A stretch of 64,000 nucleotides of DNA from Bryobacterales bacterium (GTDB lineage: Bacteria; Acidobacteriota; Terriglobia; Bryobacterales; Bryobacteraceae), in NCBI GenBank assembly GCA_003170915.1, contig PMYB01000053.1, positions 23,921-87,920 of the forward strand, given 5' to 3'. The first letter of the stretch is position 1, and every line of letters begins with the position of its first letter. Position numbers and translations under genes: made by a program. The notes beneath the pieces were generated by a model, which saw nothing but the letters and a program-made list of their open reading frames with translations, made no database searches and had not been told where the DNA came from. Below, piece by piece: positions 56,749 to 64,000 of the stretch.

Positions 56749-57055
56749 CTCCGATACACCTCGACGCCTCTCATTGCTCTCAACGGTTAAATTTAGGATA
56801 GTTCGCGGCCAGATTCAAGATAACCTTGTGCAGTACCTGAATAGCACCAATAGCACCATAGCGCAAGCCGTAGACAGTATTTAAATCTTTATTTAACAGC
56901 TACTTACGGGATAAATCATAGCCCAGGACCGGCCTTTCGTACCGGTACGATCCACCAAAAATGGTAGTACTAGGCCAAGAACCCGGCCACCGGTACTTTC
57001 GACGCGGCCAACACAGTGTTCGCGCCACCTCGCGCACGCCACCCTGCACGGGATT

Positions 57056-59029
57056 TCACTGCTCGGGACGCCGCTGCCTCTCGTAGGGCGTCTTGAGATA
57101 TTTGGCGGCCTCTTCCTGCGCGCCCTGCGTGTTGTCCTTGGTCCGAATGGCGAGATTGTACTCGTTCACGGCGCGCTCCCGCTGCCCGGTGACGTCGAAA
57201 ATCTTGCCCAGATTGATGTGCGCCCATACTTCGGTCCACTTGGGCTCGAGGTCGCCGTTCAGCACCTCGCGGAATGAGTTGGCCGCCGCCTGCCAGTTCT
57301 GCTGGAGAAAGAAGATTTCGGCAATCCGGTAGTTGGCCAGCGAGCTGTTGCGGGTGGTTTCGAGCGCCTTCTGGTATTCCTTCAGGGCATCGCCGAATTC
57401 GCTCAGTTCGGCGAACTGTTCTCCGCGGCGGATGGCCACTGCCACGCGCACTTCGTTGCCAAAGCGCAGCACGCGGTTGCCGGGGTCGATCACCACGTTC
57501 TTGGGCTTGCCGAAGGTGTCCACCGAGAACTCCGACGAAGTTCCCACCACTTCCACGCGCTTCTGCTCCGGATTGCCTTCGGTTTCGATCTTCAGGTCCA
57601 CCGGCATGCGGAACGTGTCCAGATCCTGCGAGATCTTGCCCATCACGCGGAAGCCCTTTTTCGTGCGGAAAATCGTGTACTCGAGCTTGAATTCCGGCGC
57701 GCTGCTGGATTCGATCCACTGGATAAAGAAGTAGTCCAAGCTCTGGCCTGAGACGTCCTCCGCCACCTTGCGGAAGTCGTCGGTGTTCACCGACTTCCAG
57801 GCGTACTGCTGGGCGTAGGTCTTGAGCGTCTGGAAGAACTTATCGTCGCCGATCAGGTAGCGCAGCATGTTCAGGACGGCCGCGCCTTTCGAGCCGGTCA
57901 GCGCCCACAACTCCGGCGAATAGTCCTCCAGCCGCGCCGATTGGATGATGGGCACATTGTCGACGGTCAGCGCCTCCACCATCGCGTCGCGGGCCTGCGA
58001 TTCCATGGCGCCGGGACCGCTGGCGTGCTCCGTCCATAGCAGTTCCGAGTAAGCCGCCAGCCCGTTGGTGAGCCACAGATGATTGCGCGTGGAGGGTCCC
58101 ACCAGCTCCTCCCACCACTGCCGTGAAACCTGGTTGGCGATGAGCTTGGCGCTGGGCTGGCGTCCGATGCCGCGCGGCGCCAGAAAAATCAAGCCCGGCG
58201 CCGCATAGCCGTTGGGCGCGCCCTCTTCGGTCTCCACCACCGTCAGATTGGCATAGGGCGGCAGGCCGAACATGCCCGTGAAATAAGACATCACCCTGCC
58301 GGTCTGCTCTCCGTACGCCTGCGCCATGTCGGCTTCCGGCCCGCGGAAATACAGCGTAGTGGTGACGCCCTCCGACGACACTTTCACGGGATCTCCCTTC
58401 ACCACCGCAATGCTGCCGGGAAACGACGGATGCTCGAACTTGAATTCGAATACGTTCTTGTCGCCGGCCGCGTGGCGCGAGTCCGTCCCGCTGCCCAGCA
58501 CGGTGTAACCCGTGGGGACGGTGACGCGCACATCGGCCGCAAAGCGGTCGGTGGTATAGCCGCTCACGGGGAACCAGCGGGCCGGGTAGGTCAGGTAGGC
58601 GAAATCCGGATGGATAGCCGCGAACTTAATGCCGTAGACCGGCGAGTCTTCCTGCCCCGTCAGCCGGCCGTCGTAGAAAAACGCGATGGTGACCGGCTGG
58701 CCCTTGGGGAGCGGCTGCTCGAAGCTCAGCCGCACGGTGGAATCCTGCTGGTTGCGCGAGGCGGGAATCTGCTTGTCCTGGGCGTCCAGCACGCGCGAAA
58801 CGTTGAGCGCGTTGTTCAGATCGAACGCGGCCGAGGTGACGTTGTCGTCCAGCGGCGTGAACCGCACGACGGCCTTCACCGCGATGGATTGCGTACTGGG
58901 CGAGATTTCCGCGTCGATGGTGTACTGCTCGACGTCGATGCGGGAACGCCGCTCCTGCGCCGGCGCGGCCATCGTCAGGATGCCGGCCGCCATGGCCGCG
59001 ACAATCGAGATACGGGGATTAGGAAACAT
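57056..59029 (-). CDS. M1-aminopeptidase-fold protein lacking the zinc and catalytic motifs, with C-terminal TPR repeats; secreted
   Basis: 657-aa ORF with a signal peptide. At the HExxH-x18-E position it reads 'IANQVSRQWWEELVG...WLTNGLAAYSE'. The GAMEN position reads 'GAPNGYAAPG'. The C-terminus ('ALKEYQKALE...ANYRIAEIFFLQQNWQAA...NLGKIFDVTGQRERAVNEYNLAI') is TPR-like. Confidence 0.85.
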   Translation of the reverse strand: MFPNPRISIVAAMAAGILTMAAPAQERRSRIDVEQYTIDAEISPSTQSIAVKAVVRFTPLDDNVTSAAFDLNNALNVSRVLDAQDKQIPASRNQQDSTVRLSFEQPLPKGQPVTIAFFYDGRLTGQEDSPVYGIKFAAIHPDFAYLTYPARWFPVSGYTTDRFAADVRVTVPTGYTVLGSGTDSRHAAGDKNVFEFKFEHPSFPGSIAVVKGDPVKVSSEGVTTTLYFRGPEADMAQAYGEQTGRVMSYFTGMFGLPPYANLTVVETEEGAPNGYAAPGLIFLAPRGIGRQPSAKLIANQVSRQWWEELVGPSTRNHLWLTNGLAAYSELLWTEHASGPGAMESQARDAMVEALTVDNVPIIQSARLEDYSPELWALTGSKGAAVLNMLRYLIGDDKFFQTLKTYAQQYAWKSVNTDDFRKVAEDVSGQSLDYFFIQWIESSSAPEFKLEYTIFRTKKGFRVMGKISQDLDTFRMPVDLKIETEGNPEQKRVEVVGTSSEFSVDTFGKPKNVVIDPGNRVLRFGNEVRVAVAIRRGEQFAELSEFGDALKEYQKALETTRNSSLANYRIAEIFFLQQNWQAAANSFREVLNGDLEPKWTEVWAHINLGKIFDVTGQRERAVNEYNLAIRTKDNTQGAQEEAAKYLKTPYERQRRPEQ

Positions 59030-60170
59030 GAGCGACTTGTCCTTCCAGAATTTCTTGAATGATGGCGGCCGCGCGTCGTGGCGCGGGTATTCCCGCCTGC
59101 GACAGTTTTTCCCGGACCTCTTCGAGGCCGGCCTTCATCTCCGCGCGCGCGCCCGGGTCGGCCAGCAGCCGGCGCGCCTCGCGGGCAATCGTCTCCCCAG
59201 TCATCCGGCTCTGCATCAGCTCGGGGACCACCGCGCGCCCGGCAATCAGGTTCACCATTGAATAAAACGGCACCCGCACCAGCAGCTTTCCGGCCATCCA
59301 ACTCGGCGGCGTCACTTTGTAAAAAGTCACCATGGGGGTTCCCAAAAGCGCCGCTTCCACCGTCACCGTCCCACTGGCGGCCAGCGCCAGGTCGGCGTGG
59401 GCCAGGGCGTCCCAGCTTTCCCCTTCGATCACCTGAACCGGCGAGCGGCCCATGCGCTCCCGAAAAAAAGCGGCCCCGGTCGTGGCCGAGGCCGGCAGGA
59501 TCAGATTCAACGCCTGCTCCCGGCCGAGCCGCTCGACGGCGTCCAGAATCGCTGGCAGATGGCGCGCGGCCTCGCCGCGCCGGCTCCCGGGGAGTACCGC
59601 TATTAATGGACGGCCCGCGGCCAGCCCGTGTTTCCGAAAAAACTCCTCGCGGCCGATCGATGGCGCCACCAGCCCGGCCAGCGGGTGGCCAATGTAGGTG
59701 GCCTTCACCCCCGCGCGGGTGAAAAAAGCCTCTTCAAAGGGAAAGATGCACAGCAGGCGCCGCAAGGTTCGCCGCATCGCCTTGAGGCGTCCTTTTCGCC
59801 ACGCCCACGCCTGCGGCGCCACCAGGTAAACCACCGGAACCCCTTGCCGATGGAGCCGCCGGGCCACCCGCAGGTGGAAATCCGGCGAATCCGTCAGAAT
59901 CGCCAGGTCGGGCTTCTCATCCCGGGCCGCCGCCAGCAGCTTGCGGTACTGGCCGTAGATCCGCGGAATGTGCGCCACCACCTCGAGCAACCCGACTATC
60001 GCCAGGCTGGCCGCGTCCACCACGGTGCGCACGCCGGAGGCCCGCAAGCGGGGCCCCGTGCAGCCGAAAAACTCCGCGTCCGGCCACGCGCGCCGCAGTT
60101 CCTCCACCACCAGCGAGGCGTAGAGGTCCCCCGAGGCTTCGCCCGCCGATACCAGGATTTTCCGGCGCAT
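59019..60170 (-). CDS. lpxB: Lipid-A-disaccharide synthase
   Basis: 'KILVSAGEASGDLYASLVVEELR', 'DSPDFHLRVA' and 'SGTVTVEAALLGTPMV' are LpxB (GT19) signatures. Confidence 0.9.
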   Translation of the reverse strand: MRRKILVSAGEASGDLYASLVVEELRRAWPDAEFFGCTGPRLRASGVRTVVDAASLAIVGLLEVVAHIPRIYGQYRKLLAAARDEKPDLAILTDSPDFHLRVARRLHRQGVPVVYLVAPQAWAWRKGRLKAMRRTLRRLLCIFPFEEAFFTRAGVKATYIGHPLAGLVAPSIGREEFFRKHGLAAGRPLIAVLPGSRRGEAARHLPAILDAVERLGREQALNLILPASATTGAAFFRERMGRSPVQVIEGESWDALAHADLALAASGTVTVEAALLGTPMVTFYKVTPPSWMAGKLLVRVPFYSMVNLIAGRAVVPELMQSRMTGETIAREARRLLADPGARAEMKAGLEEVREKLSQAGIPAPRRAAAIIQEILEGQVAHVS

Positions 60171-60187
60171 CCAACTAAGAGTTTAGC

Positions 60188-60967
60188 GTGCCGCCCTGTT
60201 ACAATCGAACCACGACGATGTCCACCGACGCAGAACGGCCGAAGACCACCGTGGAAGAGCTCGCCGCGCGCTTCCGCGGCGAGATGATTCCGCTCACTGG
60301 CAAGTTCTCCTATTTCTCCACCCTCCCCATGGCGGAAGACGATCTCAAGCAGTACCTCAACGACCCCATCGCCGCCATCTCGCCGGCCATCGTCGCGGCG
60401 CTGCCGGCCATGGGCATTCTTCTGGCGCCCTACCTCGAAAAGGCCAATGGCAAGGGCGCGGACACCGTGACTTTCGAGCGCCCCCAGGAAACCCGCCAGA
60501 TTCCCTGCTCGCGCAGCGAAACCGGCGGCATGACCGTGCTGGCGTTCGGCATCAAGGACGTCGAAGTCGCCGGCTATCACTACCAGTTCTACAGTGCGCT
60601 GGCGGCGCTACTGGCGGACCACTGGTCCCAGGACGTGCAGGAGCGCTTCTATCGCACCATTCGCGAAGAGCTGAGCGCCGAAGTCCACGGCGAAGTGGAC
60701 GAGAAGAGCTGGCATCTCAAGCAGGCGCTGCTGCGCCGGCAGAAGAACGTGCGCCAGGAGACCAAGCTCTTCCGCGAGTACGCGCGCCAGGCCTTCGAGG
60801 ATACCCTCACGCTCTACCTGCACGGAACCTGCTGCGACATCGACGTGGAAACCGGCCCCCGCCAGATGCCCAGTCGCTATCTGCGCCGCCGCCTCGAGCT
60901 GCTCATCTCGCTGTTCCCGCCGCCGGAAGGCTACGCCGTGCTGCCCGAGCAGTTGAAGACGCGGTAG
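60188..60967 (+). CDS. Hypothetical protein
   Basis: 259-aa ORF with GC-rich third positions. The probable start is 'MSTDAERP' at 60218. I recognise no family. Confidence 0.65.
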   Translation: MPPCYNRTTTMSTDAERPKTTVEELAARFRGEMIPLTGKFSYFSTLPMAEDDLKQYLNDPIAAISPAIVAALPAMGILLAPYLEKANGKGADTVTFERPQETRQIPCSRSETGGMTVLAFGIKDVEVAGYHYQFYSALAALLADHWSQDVQERFYRTIREELSAEVHGEVDEKSWHLKQALLRRQKNVRQETKLFREYARQAFEDTLTLYLHGTCCDIDVETGPRQMPSRYLRRRLELLISLFPPPEGYAVLPEQLKTR

Positions 60968-60973
60968 GACAAC

Positions 60974-63310
<2,337 letters not shown>

Positions 63311-63380
63311 ACGTGCTTTCGCCTTTTCTTTGCTACCTTACACGAAAGCTACGCCTAAAACAAGGGGGGGTGATTGTGTT

Positions 63381-63704
63381 TTAGATCTGGCGCACGAATT
63401 CGTAGCGCTCCAGCGTGGCGGCAATCCGGTAAGCCGGGGATGCCTCATCCCGGCCGGGGTCCACTCGGTCGGCGCGCACGATCTTGCCCAAGCAACGCAG
63501 ATTGACCACCTGCGCCGCGTCGCGAGTCAGCGTGATCACGTACTCGATGGGACCGCCGAAATCCGGTTCCCGTTCTGTGGTAAAAAGCACCCCGCTAGAG
63601 CTGATGTTCCTGGTGCGACCAGCCAATTCGACCTGTGCCGCGCCGGAACGTGTGACGGAGAGCGGGAGCTGAAGTTGGAAACGCCGGGTTCTTCGCTGTT
63701 CCAT
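63381..63704 (-). CDS. PilZ domain protein
   Basis: 107 aa. 'RRTRRF' (RxxxR) and 'TRNISSSGVLF' (D/N-x-S-x-x-G) are the c-di-GMP-binding PilZ motifs. Confidence 0.8.
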   Translation of the reverse strand: MEQRRTRRFQLQLPLSVTRSGAAQVELAGRTRNISSSGVLFTTEREPDFGGPIEYVITLTRDAAQVVNLRCLGKIVRADRVDPGRDEASPAYRIAATLERYEFVRQI

Positions 63705-63805
63705 GAGTCGTTTCTAATGCTAAGGGGTGTCGGGGAGCAAGGTCAATAGACCTGTGTGTCTAGACACCTCTCGAAGTACTAGCCTTGAAGTCTCAGGGAT
63801 TGGGG

Positions 63806-63840
63806 GACAAAAGGGAGGGGCGAGGCAGGCTCGCCCCCGG
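63806..63840 (-). terminator. Rho-independent-type terminator after atpE
   Basis: On the minus strand, GGGGCGAG-CCTGC-CTCGCCCC (an 8-bp GC stem, 63817-63837) is followed by TCCCTTTTG. It begins about 10 nt after the atpE stop. Confidence 0.55.
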
Positions 63841-63848
63841 GAAAAATC

Positions 63849-64000
63849 CTAGCTGACCTTCAGGAAAACGATAAGCAGGGTATACAGAGCCAGCGATTCG
63901 ACAAACGCCAGGCCGATCAGCATGGCCATCTGGATGGCCTTGGCGGCTCCCGGATTGCGAGCCATGCCTTCCACCGAACTGGCCACCAACTTGCCCTGCG
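63849..64000 (-). CDS. atpE: F0F1 ATP synthase subunit c (partial; N-terminus beyond the window)
   Basis: The minus-strand translation '...GKLVASSVEGMARNPGAAKAIQMAMLIGLAFVESLALYTLLIVFLKVS*' carries the 'ARNP' loop and the conserved carboxylate helix 'LAFVESLALY'. Confidence 0.8.
   Translation of the reverse strand, partial: QGKLVASSVEGMARNPGAAKAIQMAMLIGLAFVESLALYTLLIVFLKVS

Overview
High-GC bacterial chromosome segment. Its style (many Tat-signal oxidoreductases, PEP-CTERM proteins, DUF-rich envelope genes) suggests Acidobacteriota, but that is inference only. About 60 CDS are supportable. (1) 1.7-17.7 kb is a regulator-less glycan and sugar catabolic locus: GH116, GH38, ROK kinase, a Tat-exported Gfo/Idh/MocA plus xylose-isomerase-like TIM-barrel pair, GH5, a Tat-signal enolase-superfamily enzyme, a URO-D-like protein, an esterase, an MFS sugar porter and a beta-helix protein. 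(2) 17.9-25.5 kb is a decayed accessory stretch: SNF2-helicase, SDR and group II intron remnants, a collapsed RND efflux operon, and TA remnants. (3) 25.5-53 kb holds housekeeping genes (ppiD-like, lysC, cmk, xylB, lepB, rpoD, nrdR, aroK). A second sugar cluster (GH88/105, PIG-L, long ROK-like) and a five-gene ECF sigma/anti-sigma/membrane module are interleaved with them. (4) 54-64 kb holds an IS remnant, IPTL-/PEP-CTERM proteins, a catalytically dead M1-peptidase homologue, lpxB, a DUF1998 helicase, PilZ and partial atpE. I saw no rRNA, tRNA or CRISPR array. The most striking pattern is the number of genes eroded by internal deletions and frameshifts. At three loci the toxin gene is absent or destroyed while the antitoxin is kept. 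All family assignments come from motif recognition by eye, not from database searches.
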